Positions 50,358 to 63,641 of a DNA stretch of 64,000 nt are shown piece by piece; within the stretch, counting starts at the first letter, position 1; the number at the start of each line of letters is the position of its first letter. A model generated the notes under the pieces. It searched no databases. It was not told the origin of the DNA and saw nothing but the letters and a program-made list of their open reading frames with translations. Both the position numbers and the translations under genes were made by a program. The stretch covers positions 12,400,001 to 12,464,000 of the forward strand of contig JBHGNT010000003.1 in the NCBI GenBank assembly GCA_043228905.1. Reading direction: 5' to 3'. The stretch comes from Azolla caroliniana. Taxonomy: Eukaryota > Plantae > Polypodiophyta.

Positions 50358-51748
50358 AAAGGTGCTTCAAAGGTTCAACATGTCGGATCCGAAGCCGGTC
50401 GGATGAACACTTCCGGAAAATTGCAAGTTGTCCAGAAAGCAGAGTCCGAAGACAAAGGTAGAGAATTCGGAAATGGTGAAGATACCATATGCCTCTACCG
50501 TTGGAAGTCTCATGTACGCAATGGTGTGTACATGACCAAACATCGGCTATGCAATTGGAGTAGTAAGCCAGTTCATGAGCAATCCAGGAAAGGACCATTG
50601 GGTAGCTGTCAAGTGGATTCTTCGGTACCTAAAAGGCACTTCAAGTATGTGCCTCTGATTCAGCTCTGGTAAACCCATGTTAGAAGGCATCACTGATTCG
50701 GACATCTCAGTTGATGCAGATACTAGCTGGTCCACGTCCGGATACATCGTGACCTATGCAGAGGGAGCGGTATCATGGCGCTCAAGACCACAAAAATCGG
50801 TGGCATTGTCGACAACAGAAGCAGAATACATGGCATGACGGCTGTAGAAACCGGAAAGAAAATAATCTCGATGAAGGACGTCATCGGAGAGCTAGGGATC
50901 TGAAAGGAGGAATTCTAGATCTACTGCGATAGTTAAAGTTCCACCCACCTTGCAAAGAACGCGATCAACCACTCACAGACCACACACATCCAGAGGAGAT
51001 ATCCCTAGCTCCAGGAGAAGGTAGAAGATAAATAATTTTCGCTAGCGAAGATCCATACGGAGGAGAATGGGTCGGGTATGCTGACCAAGGTGTTGTCAAC
51101 TGACAAGTTGGACGCGTGCCAAAGATAGATCGGGTTAACAAAGACCCATGCCAGAGTGAAGGGAAATATTGTTAAGATATCGGTCGCTCCGGATGTGGAC
51201 CGATTGAGTTGGATCAGAAGATTCGGAGGAGGAAGCAATATCAGATGGATCCGAAAGTATACCCAAAAGCCGAACCAGATGGAACCGGAATGAGTCCGGC
51301 CGGATCCGGTATGAATTGAAAGAGAGACAGATATGTAAATACGTTTTGTATGGGCCGTTGAGGCCATATTTGTAAATAGCCCGTAAGTTATATAAGTATA
51401 AATATAACTTAGGGAAAATATGATTGTGTGTATTGTTATCATTATGGTTGTACAGAGAGAGACAATAAGAGAGAGTGAGAGAGACACAGAAAGTTCTCTG
51501 TTGTAATTGTCGATTGGTGAAGATAGATCTCGAGGTCGTTGCCTCTAAGTTTCCTGTTGTACCCTTCCTCTCATAGTGATAGTTGGAGTCTGTGGGCTCC
51601 CATGGTTTTTCTTGATCAGGATTTTCCACGTTAACATCCTGTTTCGTGTTGTCCTAATTGTGTAAATGCATTTTATCTATTGTTTCATTTTCTCATTTCT
51701 TCCATTGAGTGATTGACGCTCGGTTGTGGCCGAGCACTATTCCTCACA
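50358..51748 (+). mobile_element. Copia family A-like RT/RNase H remnant with 3' LTR 51170-51748
   Basis: RT/RNase H motifs with stops, PPT GAGTGAAGGGAAA, LTR ending TTCCTCACA. Confidence 0.83.
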
Positions 51749-52146
51749 GAAAGTGCCTTATGGTTTTAGATGTAGTTAAGGATAAAGAAAATTATCAAAA
51801 GCATTTGCATGAGTATAAAAGGCTTACTCAAAGAAAGAGAAGAATATGGGAAGTTACTCAACAATTTCTCCAAACGCAAGAGAAAGCACATGCATGTGCT
51901 AAATTTTGGGGAAATCTAAAGGGGAAACATGTTGAGAGTTATGGTGACTTAACTCTTCACAACTTGTTTATGCATTGTGAATTGATATGAGCTATCTCTT
52001 GTCGGAAAGATGATGTGTTATGGTTCTCTTTCACATATGTCAACCTTCTTTACAATTGAAGATATATGCATAGGACTTAAGAAGTTGGTCTCTCGAAAGG
52101 CAAGTGATCTTCAATGTATAAAGGTTGAAATGCTCAAATGGACGAG
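51749..52146 (+). mobile_element. Degenerate LINE ORF2 fragment (region just upstream of RT)
   Basis: KFWGNLK and FTIEDICIGLKKLVSRKASDLQCIKVEMLK resemble the LINE consensus FTxxEIxxALxxLxxxKAxGxDGIxxEMLK. Confidence 0.55.
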
Positions 52147-52147
52147 A

Positions 52148-52430
52148 CTGTCGGATCGAACAGTGGCATCAATCCACGACCAAACAGTAGCAACAACTGA
52201 GTATAGAATGGAGGCAATGGAGGAGTGAACTCAATAAAAGCAACCAGTGGCAGATGATGCTTGGACCGAACAATGGCGACATCTGAGTGTAGAATAACAG
52301 AAATTGAGGAGTGAACTCTGTCAGATCGAACAGTGGCAAATGATGCTTGGATTGCATAGTGGCGGCAACTGAGTGTAGAATGGCGGTAATGGAGGAGTGG
52401 ACTCAATAGGGTTTAGGACCAGTGGCAGTA
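52148..52430. repeat. Degenerate tandem repeat of ~80-95 bp, about 3 copies
   Basis: Recurring CGAACAGTGGC..CTGAGTGTAGAAT..GAGGAGTGAACTC. Confidence 0.7.
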
Positions 52431-53039
52431 ATCTAAGCTTGAATAGTCAGAAAGTGATGACCAATGTGATGTGGCAATGGATCATGCATAATGGACCTAG
52501 GAATTCGGTATATAATTTATAGTGCACATTAATGGGCACATATCCATTTATGCTTCACGTTTATGTTACACATTTATGGTGCTCATTTATATAATTAAAA
52601 CATTCTAATGTTTTCATTCATGGTGAAAAAATAATTATTTATCACTGGTAGCTTTTGGCATAGCTAATTAGCTATGTTAAGGACATAGCTAATTGTTTCC
52701 ACTTGCATGCCTTCACCCGATGATGGTCCCATAATTAGCCACGAAACCAATTAAGGGCGTGCGGAGCCATGGGCCCCAATGACTCGATCAGTAGTGTCAT
52801 GGAGATGGTCTCGTTCGATGACACCCTCGGGGAAATCGAGAAGGTGATAGAAGGAGGTCTAAGTGAAGACTGGACGATTCCTGTTAATTCAGTTGCAATG
52901 TACAAGGAAATCGTGGAGTTCAGACAGATGGTCAGGGAAGGTCAGACCGCCCATGTGGACACTAAGTACCGACTCCAAACCGGTGTTACCCCGTACGAGA
53001 TGTACAGAGAGTCAAGTGTGATGAGTGAGGGTCGAATGT

Positions 53040-55440
53040 TATCATGGTGTTGTTGTGTATGTGTAGGGGGCATAAATGTAATTGTGAGTCTATACGTATG
53101 TGAACACATGCACACGTGTGTGCATGTGGATGGATACGAGGAGGTGTGAGTGAGTGTCGAATATGAATGCTCGAGGGGGCTTACACCCCTATGTATCTAC
53201 CCCCTCTTGTACTATTTAACCCCTTATGGGGAATGAATGAAACATGAATAATCATTCTCTCTCTCTCTCTTTCTCTTTGTCATCTCTCTTCCTCTCTCTC
53301 CCCTTAACGTTGAACCCCCTTGGGAGGGGGGTGGAGCCATTCAAGGCACCACCCCCCACCCCACAATGCTTCTCAATGCTTGTCGTCTCTCACCATCGAT
53401 CCCATAACGCTCATCATCCTCATTAAACACACCATCTCCATCACCAATCATCATTACCATTAACCCTAACCCTAAAACGTACAACACCTTTTGGCGACCA
53501 CTAAGGCAACCCCCCTTTGAAGACGAAGTCGAAGACTACTAAGCGGCAAAGACTTGACAAAAACGAAATATGCAAGAAATCAAATGGACGACATGCAGGA
53601 AATGGTGATGGTGATTGGAAGTCATCAAGGTCAATGAATGCAACACAATGAGGCTGTGCGAGAGGAAGTCTGTGCAAGAGAACCCGCAATGGAATCAACA
53701 AGAGTGCGGGAATAGCAATGACGTATGTACGAGTGTGCGGTTAACGACAACATGCGTGTGCAGAGGAAACAACATAGAAATTCCGGATAGAAGGGAGTTG
53801 GTGCCAGCATGACCTGATAGAGACGCCCACCAGGAGACTACGGAGGAAGACGTAGTGTGTGGAGCGGAGGCCGGCATGATGTGCTGAGAATGCATGGGAC
53901 TGAAATCGGAAGTGTTCACAGTCTCCAGAAGAAGCAACACGGTGAGAGTCGGAACCAGAACCAGAGTTGGTTAGAACCGAAGCGGCCGTAATGGCCGAAC
54001 AACAACCGGATGATGACTGAACAGACCGTCAGACATTAACAGCCGCATGATAACCGGATGACGACTGAAGCGGCAAGCGACGAACCTCGGCCAAAACAGA
54101 CGGCCGAATAGGGCCGATAAGGCCGGCGACAGAGACATCTAGAGATGGACCGGACAGACATGGCCGGATGGGCCAGACAGCGGAAAGTGCAGCTAGAAGG
54201 GCCGGAAACCGGTCGAAATAGTCGGACAGTGGCTGGAGCAGCCGAAGCGTCCGGAGGGCTGGAAAAGGCTGGGGAAGAAGACATGCCGCCGGGATGATGG
54301 ACGGGACGCACGACTGGAAATGACGGGTCGTAAGCCAAAAAGACACGACCGAATAGCGATGAGTGGTGACCAATAGAGATGGAGAGATGGAGAGATGGAG
54401 AAACGGTGAGTGAAGGCCGGAAAGATAATGATGGCAGGACGGGCCGGATGGACAGGCGCCGGATAGGGATGATAGAGAAGTCGGTGCCGCCGGATAGGAG
54501 CGGAAGAGCGGTTGACAACAGCCATAATGGCGACACCGATAGATATGGAGGAGAGGCCGGAAAAGCGCCGGCCGGAGAGCAACCGAAGAGCAGTCGGAGT
54601 GGCCGAACGGCGCAAGGACGAAAGTGGCCGGACCGAGCGACGACCGAAACAACGACAAAACATGGTTGGAACAGTCGTGATTGGACAAGCGACAAAGATA
54701 AGCGATGGCAACCGAAACACCGAACAATGACAGAATACAGATGACAGAGATGGAGAGAAAGGCGGCCGGGACAACGGCCAAACAAGCCAGACAGAGCGTC
54801 GGAGAGATGGCCGTAAGGGCTAGAATGACAGATGGTGATGGAGCAGCGACTGAAGTTGCAATGGCCAGACAACAAACAATTAGTGGCCAAGAATAACCAG
54901 CAACCGGATCCAACCAGATTGCGACGGTAGAACAGGCGTACTTGTGAGAATGGCCGAAAATCCTAAAACAGCGGTGAAGGCCGAACAACCAAACGAAGAG
55001 AAAAACGACACCGTACAGGGAAACGATGAAGCAAAGAGGAAAGAGAAGCAGCGGTAGCATAAGAGAGAAAAAGAAGAAGAGAAAGAAGAAAATCGAAGAA
55101 GAGAAAGGCATGGACAGACAGACGAGAGCACAAATGACAGAGATAGAAGAAGAAAGAGAGAGGAGGAAAAGAAAGATAGGAAGTGGAGAAGAAACAATGG
55201 TTAACACCAAGGAGGGAGAAGACTACAGAAACACAAATAAGAAGGAAGAAAGAGAAGAAGACAAAAAGAAGATGCGGACAACACGCGGGAGAAAACGTAA
55301 GAAGACAAACACGAAAAACGACCTAAAAACAAAGCTCAAATAATAACAGAACAAAACTTTAAATGAGAGGGAAAAAGAGAAGAGAGAGGCATGCGAGGAA
55401 ATTTTAAAATGTTGAGGGTAACAACCTAAAATTTCAGAAA
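53040..55440 (+). mobile_element. Probable LTR (~53040-53486) with PBS TGGCGACCA and an apparently non-coding purine-rich internal region
   Basis: ...TACAACA-CCTTTTGGCGACCA mirrors ...TACAACA-CTATTTTGGCGACCA of the young Gypsy element. No gag/pol motifs recognised. The LTR start is uncertain. Confidence 0.5.
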
Positions 55441-55459
55441 CTTGGGGGTCCTGCGAAGT

Positions 55460-56222
55460 GGAACTATATATGTTCCAACAAATCGGCAAGCTACCGATAT
55501 CTTCACCAAACCTCTCAGCTTGGACAAGTTGCAACAATTTTCAAGTGTGGTTGGCGTGCAACACCTCAACATTCCGAAGTTTATGGGGAGAAGTCGGAAA
55601 AGCATGCGTGAGAGGGAGAGAGCTGAAGTTCGAAGAGACGAATCCGATGAGGAATTCAAATTCGGGATGATTGAAGAAGCTGAGGACGGATGCAGGGGTA
55701 GTGGCAAAAACAATGAGTCGGAGCCAGCCGAACAAGAGGAGAGTAGAGTTGAGAAAGGAAATTTAGGTGGTAGAGCCAAGAAGGGTAGAGTCGACCTGAA
55801 CAAGAAGGCCAAAACCAGGACATGGTTAGATGTGGTCAGGAAGAAGACGAATTAGAGACAATCGATTTGGTTAAGAAGAGTAATTTGGACGAGCCGAATG
55901 ACATGAACGCCAGATTGACGAGAACGCTGGCAAAGACAATGCCAAGGCAGGAGAGCTAATGGATCGAGGGGCACCTAACTCGCAGAGGCAAGAAGAAGGC
56001 TAGCATAGGCCTTAGCAGCAGGCAAGCCAACCAAGTAGGTCAAGGAGGGCCAGGCAGGACGGGTTGAGGTGTGCGAGCTAGGAGGTGTGAAACCTTAAGA
56101 TGCTGGTGTAGTGGACCAGTTAGAACTGACAGAAAACCTCAAGATGAGCTTGAGGGGGAGTGTTGAGCAAGCAAGCTCAATTTGGGCCCGATCGGCTGAA
56201 AAAACCGAGAACCGGATTGGAT
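55460..56222 (+). mobile_element. Copia family B 3' end: RNase H tail, 3' region, PPT and the first ~60 bp of the LTR (from 56161)
   Basis: YVPTNRQATDIFTKPL. TTGAGGGGGAG is followed by TGTTGAGCAAGCAAGCTCAA. Confidence 0.83.
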
Positions 56223-56723
56223 GGAAATCTTTTCATAATAAATGACCCTCGAAACCGTAATCGGTTAATGTACGACGTAAATCAGGATAATTAGGAGAAT
56301 GTAAACCAAACGTATCCCGCACTTCTCGCTCCCACTGGCCGGCTGATAGGGATATACTAATTACCAAACTTGCAGAAGTGATTTCATCTACACCAATTCG
56401 TACACGAATGCATGGGTTATATCAAATGCTTGGTGAGTTATAGACTACTCCGAATCTTCATTTTTGAGAAGGATAATCAACTACGCGAGTATCGATCGGA
56501 ATTCCAAGACGTATATTGATATGATACCTCGAAAATCACAGGAATTAAAATGGATAGTTCGGAGTGGCGCATAATATGCTTTCTTCCTTCGATGTTCAAA
56601 GTCTATGTATCCGTTTGAAAACCGATACAACAGTAGCAAATTATTTAAGTGGACTACAAGCCATGATAAAGTTCAGGCAAGGTTAAATAAAAATCGTAGT
56701 GAGCATTGATTCTTTATAATCAT
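56223..56723 (-). pseudogene. nad9: NUMT: mitochondrial NADH dehydrogenase subunit 9, unedited genomic form, 3'-truncated
   Basis: Manual translation gives ..[69 protein letters not shown], matching Nad9 [33 protein letters not shown]. Flanking 56724-~56846 is probably also mitochondrial. Confidence 0.9.
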
Positions 56724-56846
56724 GGTTGTTTAATCGGAGGGCTGAAACCTTAAGCGAAACCGCGTCGAGGCCGAACATGAGATTCCGCCGTATCCCGGCA
56801 GCCTTATCATCAATTAAGGATCCCTACCCAAAGATTCATGAACCTA

Positions 56847-59035
56847 CCTGGTCGAGAACCAGATGTTGGCCGGAAACCGGAGGACACTCGACGAACCGGC
56901 CGGATACAGACAAGAAACCGAACTAACCAAAGAAGAAGAAGAAGAAGAAGACACCGGAACCGGACAAGATCCTGAATTGGATTCGTATGAGGAACAAACG
57001 GAGGAACCGGTAGTCAGAAACCAAGGATGGAGATAACCTCTCTGAGAGAGAAGAGCCCCCCGGAGATTTCCGAATGCAGAGCATGTGTTGCTAACCGATG
57101 AGGGGGAGAAGAAAAGTTTTGAAGATGCAAAGAAAGACACCCACAACCGTAAGTGGTTAACTGCCATGCAGGACGAGATGGATTCCCTGCATGAGAACCA
57201 CATGTATGAATTGACGGAGTTGCCGAAAGGAAAGAGGGCACTCCAGAACAAGTGGGTGTATAAGATAAAACTGGGAGATGCCAGAAACCCACCGAGATAC
57301 AAAGCTCGGATCGTGGTGAAGGGGTTCTAGCAGAAGAAAGGAGTGGATTTCGACGAGATCTTTGCCCCGGTAGTAAAGATGACATCCATCCGGATGGTAT
57401 TGAGCATAGCGGCAAGCATGGACCTCGAGGTGGAGCAACTGGATGTCAAGATGGCATTCTTGCATGGCAAACTCGGAGAAGAGATCTACATGCTTCAATC
57501 GGAAGGCTTTGAGAAGAAAGGGAAGGAGCACCTGGTGTGCCTGCTGAAGAAGAGCTTATACAGATTGAAGCAAGCTCCCTGGAAATGGTATCGGAAGTTC
57601 GACTCCTTCATGACCGACCAAGGGTACCACAAGACACTGGCCAATCATTGCGTGTTTGTGAAGAAATTTGACGGAGGAGATTTACTGATACTCCTCCTAT
57701 ATGTGGATGATATGTTGATCATCAGACGAGACTGAGGCAAGATTCAGATGCTGAAGAAGGCTCTGAACCGGACCTTCTCAATGAAGGACTTGGGTCTGGC
57801 AAGACAGATATTTGGGAATGCACATCATCTGGGACCGGTCGAAGAAGCTGTTGTGGTTGTCACAATAGAAGTACGTGACAAAGGTACTCCAAAGGTTCAA
57901 CATGTCGGAAACGAAACCGGTCGGATCGACACTTCCGACAAATTGCAAGTTGTCCGGAAAGCAAAGCCCAAAGACAAAGGCAGAGAAGTTGGATATGACA
58001 AAGATACCATATTCCTCTACCGTCGGAAGCTTGATGTAGGTGATGGTATGCACCCAGCCAGATATCGGTTATGCAGTTAGAGTGGTGAGCCAGTTCATGA
58101 AAGAGCACTAGAATGCGGTCAAGTGGATACTCTGGTATCTGGAATGCGGTCAAGTGGATACTCCGATATCTGAAAGGCACCTCGAGTATGTGCCTCCGAT
58201 TCGGCTCCTGTAAACCCTTCTTGGAAGGCTTCACCGATTCGAACATGTCGGCTAATGCGGATACCAGCCGGTCTACATCCGGATATGTCATGACTTATGT
58301 AGGGGGAGCTATTTCGTGGCAGTCAAGGCTATAGAAGATGGTTGCGTTGTCAACCACAGAGACGGAGTGCATGTCAGTTGTAGAAGCCGGCAAGGAGATA
58401 ATCTGGATGAAGGACTTCATCGGAGAGCTAGGAATCCAACAAGAGGAATAACGGCTCTACTGTGATAGTCAAAGTGCCATCACCTTGCAAAGAATGCGGC
58501 CTACCATTCCCGGACGAAACATATCCAGTAAAGGTACCACTAGATCAGGGAGAGAGTACAAGATCAAGAGTTCATGCTGACAAAGATCCACATGGAGTAG
58601 AACGGGTCAGACATGTTGACCAAGGTGTTGACAACCGACAAGTTGGACACGTGTCGAAAGCGGATCGGGCTAGTGAGACATACCATGCCGGAGTGAAGGG
58701 GGAGATTGTTGGGAAATCGGTCCCTCCGGATAGGATCCGATTATGAATGAAGAGGACCCAATGAGAACTGGAAGAGATCCGGAAACTAGATCGGGTGGAC
58801 CAGGTGAGAACCGGAAGAGATCCGGAAACCGGATCGAATGGACCCGGTGAGAACCGGAAGAGAAGACATATTTGTAAATATGTTTTGAGTAAGCCTATTG
58901 AGGCTATATTTGTAAATAGCCCTAAGTTCATATAAGTATAAATATGACTTAGGGCAATCACTTAGCATGTGGTTGTCATATTGTTGTATGTGTATAATTA
59001 TTGTATAGAGAGAGAGAGAGAGGGAGAGAGAGAGA

Positions 59036-59107
<72 letters not shown>

Positions 59108-59380
59108 CCGAGCAATACTATGTTGTAACCAGTGCTTGGCGAAGATATAGAGCTCGAGGTTGTTCGCCTCTGAGTTACTTATTGTGCCCTTTTTCTTCAT
59201 AGTGATAGTTGGAGTCTGTGGGCTTCTGTGGTTTTTCCCATTCAGGGTTTTCCACGTAAACATCTTGTGTACTCTCTATCGTTGTGTGTGTACGTGTGTT
59301 CACTCTCTATTTCCCATTTCTGTGTTCCATTCTCATTGAAGTGATTCATTACTCGGTTGTGGCCGAGCAGTATTCTGCAC
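56847..59380 (+). mobile_element. Copia family A-like RT/RNase H (degenerate) with PPT and 3' LTR 58707-~59380 containing (GA)n at ~59007-59105
   Basis: RYKARIVVKGF, LLYVDDML, PPT GGAGTGAAGGGGGAGA, LTR start TGTTGGGAA. Confidence 0.88.
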
Positions 59381-59394
59381 TTTTTTCCTTCAAT

Positions 59395-60299
59395 TTGTTG
59401 TGGGGGCAGTAAGCCGATATATGAGTAATCTAGGACGAGAACACTAGGCAACTGGTAAATGGATACTCAAGTACTTAAAAGGCACCTTGGGGGTATGCCT
59501 AAGGTATGGTGTCGAAAAACCTATGCTCGAAGGGTTTACTAACTCAAAAATATCAGGGGACACAAACTCAAGTCGATGCACTTCAGGGTACATGATAACC
59601 GATTCAGGTGGAGTAGTGTCGTGGCAGTGACAACTTCAGAAATATGTGGCCTTGTCGACCACAAAGGCAGAGTACATGGCATCGGTAGAGGTCGGCAAAC
59701 AACTTATTTGGATGAGAAATTTTCTCAGTGAATTTGAAATGAGGCAAAGGGAGTTCATGCTTCATTGTGACAACTAGAGCACCATACATCTAGCCAAGAA
59801 TGTTGCATAACACTCCTAGACCAAACATATACAGAGGAGGTATCTTAGGTTGCGGGAGAAAGTGGAAGGAGGAGAGTTTACCCTTGTGAAGATCCATACG
59901 GATGACAATGGATCCAACATGCTGCTTAAAAACCTACTAATGGATAGACACGGGACTAACCGACTACACCCACAAGAGTAAAGGGGGAATTTGTTAGGGA
60001 TATGTCCCTCCTATGAGAGGAGCCGATTGTTCAACTCTATAAGAGCCAACAGTCAAAGACAAGGAGTAGCCAACTAGTCGGGTTGTGAGCCAACAGTCAA
60101 TGACTTGAAGAGTTGACTTTAAGAGAGTCGACAGTCGACATAGGAGTCGGCGGACTAACTGCTATTATTATTAGTATAATAATAGAAGTGAGAGTAATAG
60201 GGATGACATTTCTAAATAGCCTATATGTATAAGTATAAATACATTTAGAGAAAAGCTTTAGTACGTAGAACAGAAAGTGTAGAACATAGCGAAGTGTTG

Positions 60300-60333
<34 letters not shown>

Positions 60334-60575
60334 TGCCATAGTTAAGTGAGGTTAGACGTCAAGAGCCCTACGTGGCTGATACACTCTACACAAAGAGTGT
60401 TGTATTCTTGTCTCCCTTGTATTCCTTGTTGTATAGTGGAACATCTATTCTCATGTGGTTTTCCCAATTTAGGGTTTCCACGTAAAACTCTGTGTATCTT
60501 GTGTATTTCTGTTTCCGTGTTATTATGTATTTCGGAGTCAGTCTTTCTCACAGATCTGAGATACAAATCCCAACA
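59395..60575 (+). mobile_element. Copia (family C-like) RNase H remnant with 3' LTR 59992-60575
   Basis: Decayed RT/RNase H motifs, PPT GAGTAAAGGGGGAA, termini TGTTAGGG...CCCAACA. Confidence 0.8.
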
Positions 60576-60699
60576 ATTTGAGGGTCGACATATACTTGAA
60601 CCTTGTACATGTTGAATCTTCTTTGCTTCTTCTTCTTGTTGGAAACAGGGATGTTTGAATTAGTACTGCTATGTTGAAAAGTTGTTGTTCTTCTTGTTA

Positions 60700-62585
60700 T
60701 TTAATCTTCGTCATCTAATCTTCCAGTCGATATCTGATTTAATCTGATATTGGGGATGTGTCGAACTTCCCTCAGCATCAATCGACGTTGTTAGGCACAC
60801 ACTTCCAATGTCGACTATCCTACATTCACCATTATTTCCCATCTTTACATTGCCATAGTCCCCAGTTGTGTAAGTTGAGAAACACTCTCTGGAGGGAGTT
60901 ATATGAAAAGATGCACCGGAGTCAATCACCATGGTGCTTTCTTCACTTGCAAGATTTGCACTTGCTTGTTCACAAATGAACAAGATCTCTTCTTCACTTG
61001 TGGCTACAACTGATCTGCCCTTTTCATCAGGAATCTTCCTAGGTTCGACATCATTATAGACACCTTTGTCCTTCTTGAGGTGTCGGGAGTTCGTCGAGAA
61101 GTGTCTAGGCTTTCCACAATAAAAGCATGCCAGCTTACCTCTAGACTTCGATCTAGCATGGGATTTGTCCCTCCTTTGTGGACTTCTCTATCTGTTCCTT
61201 CCTCTCCTGGAATGGTGAGTCAGGTTTGATTCCTATTGGGACAGGACACCCTTGTCCTTCCTTCTTGTCTCCTCATTCAAGATGCTTCTCTTTACTACTT
61301 GCAAAGACTGGTTTTCTTCCTAACACGAGGTGCTAAGAGTCACCACCAGGTTCACCCAGTTGTCCGACATGGTACACATAAGCAACAAGTCTTGCATAGC
61401 ATCATCTAGGGGAAACTTGGTTACTGCAAGTTGACTTACAAGCCCCATGAATGTGTTGATGTGTTACACTATACTCTCTCTGTCCTTGTACTTCAGTCTG
61501 ACTATCTCTCTCATCAAAGCCATCTTGTTGACGGCATTCTTTCTCTCGTAGAGCCTTGGCAACTTCTGCCACATCTTGTAGGCATTTGTGTCATTCGCCA
61601 CATGCTTAAGGAGACTTACATCTACGCATTGTCTGATGGTAGCCACAACCTTCCTGTTGAGGAGTTTCCGTTCAAGCTCCAATACCCCGTGGGTATTTGC
61701 TCTCTATCATTGGGCTCGTACAGATCTTTGATGATGAGAAGAACTTACATCTTGATCTTCTAGTCTGCGTAGTTGTGCGAGTTAAGGACCATCATTCTTG
61801 GAAAACCACGCACACCTCCTTCCATCTTTCACCTCGTGCTCTGATACTAGTTTATTGAGAAGCGCACCGCAGAGAGAAAAAATAGATAGATCAGAAATAT
61901 ACAAAAGGAAAATAGTAAACAACAAAATACACAAAGAAATGCACAGTACACGGGTATTACGTGGCAAACCCTAAATGGGAAAAAACCACGGGAACAGATC
62001 TTCACTATGATAGTGGATATACAAGAGAGAATAGATTACAACACTCTCTGTACAGAGTGTATCAACCACACGGGGCTCTTGGCATCTACGGTTACACAGT
62101 TATGATGCCGCTCACGCTCTCACGCATTTCTTTCTTCTTTTCTCTCTTGCTCTATTCTTTTTAAAGTTTTGCCCTTGAGGTATTTATACCTCAACACAGT
62201 GTGGGGTATTTGCAAGTATGTATAATCAACCAAATGATCGACTAGTTGATTCAACTAGCCGACTACTATGTCGACTGTCCAGCCGGCCCCACTAGTCGGC
62301 CTTGTCGTTGACCATCCAGTTAGCCCGACTAGTCAATCGTGTCTTCGAAGTGGATCACTTATACAATGTTGTCGATTCTCACCATGTCTTCGATTCTCGG
62401 CTCTCAGCGGGACCAATCGGCTTCTCCTTGTTCTTTCATTGTCAGCTCTCAGCCTGACCAGTTACTCTGTGTTCTTCGATTGTCGGCTCTTAGCCCGAAC
62501 AACCGCCTACTCTTGGTTCTTCAACTTTCGACTCTTGCTCAGCTGAACAATCAGCTCCTCCCACAAGAGGGACATATTCCTAACA
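60700..62585 (-). mobile_element. Copia family C 5' end: 5' LTR 61853-62585, PBS, gag, protease
   Basis: Decayed PBS GCTCTGATACTA at 61838-61849, VIDSGASFHIT, gag closely similar to 3050-3850, LTR related to 59992-60575. Confidence 0.85.
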
Positions 62586-63119
62586 CTTTTGCATGTGAAG
62601 TTCAAGTGACATTGAAGTTGATTGGGAAGACTTTACTGGTCACGAATCATCACATTATAGAGAGTCCTCCAGTACAAACATTGGCTTGAATTCTGAGGAT
62701 ACCTCTGAGGATATCTCTCCTTTTACCTTTTATGGTTTATATTTTTCTCCTTTAGCTAATATGTTGTAGTTTGTGTCTCCAAGTCTAGGTGGTATTATGT
62801 GGCCTTGGAATCAGCTCGAGGTTATGGGTGTTGTGATTACACAGTGTTTGCACACATATCATACACTATGTGCTAAGTACCACTTAGTACTTAGCTATGG
62901 GTTTCAAAATTCACTTCTCTGGTATGTGATACTACTATTATGTTTTGTTGCATTCTCTAATTCCATTTTATAATTGATTTAGTATTGGTTTACGTCACAG
63001 TTCATACCAGAAAATAGAAAATTTATGGTTTAGTACTGGTTTCGCTCCATATACTATATGTTGCATCGATATTTATGTGGTTTAGTTCTTGTGCATTCAT
63101 CATAATTAATTTTACATGT

Positions 63120-63641
63120 TGGTGTGTAGTTGTAGTACTACTACACATGCTACTCTGACTTAATCCCATTCTATATTTAGGTGGGCTAGTACTAGCATAG
63201 TACACACTGTCGAAGATCTTTAGGTGTACAGTTGGTGTAGTACTAGAATCCGTCCTATATTTAGGTGAGTTAGAACACACTTCATTTTTCAATTAGTTGT
63301 ACAATTGGTTTAGTACTATAATCCATTCTATATTTAGGTGGGCTACTAGCATAGTACACACTTCAGGAGACCTTTAGGTGTATAGTTGTAGTACTAGAAT
63401 CCATCCTATATTTATGTGAGCTAGTACTAACATAGTACACACTTCATTCTGCAATTAGTTGTATAGTTCATTTAGTACTAGAACTCATTCTATATTTAGG
63501 TGGGCTAGGACATGCATACTACACACTTCAGGAGACCTTTAGGTGTACAATTGGTGTAGTACTAGAATCCATCCTATATTTGGTTGAACTAGTACTAACA
63601 TAGTACAACACACTTCATTCTGCAATTAGTTGTACAATTGG
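63120..63641. repeat. Tandem repeat of ~160 bp (dimer of ~80-bp subunits), about 3 copies
   Basis: CATTCTATATTTAGGTGGGCTA recurs at ~63167, 63324 and 63486. CCTATATTT..GTGA variants lie in between. Confidence 0.85.

Noticed and set aside
54029-55210. 393-aa hydrophobic ORF as a membrane protein
   Set aside because: Antisense of GA/GC-rich low-complexity DNA with several overlapping open frames and no recognisable domain.
56223-56723. Functional nuclear-transferred nad9 or plastid ndhJ
   Set aside because: Multiple stops, unedited codons and 3' truncation. The LTDYGFEGH motif fits mitochondrial Nad9 rather than NdhJ.
58110-58172. 31-bp tandem duplication in Copia RT
   Set aside because: Ordinary local slippage in a dead element.
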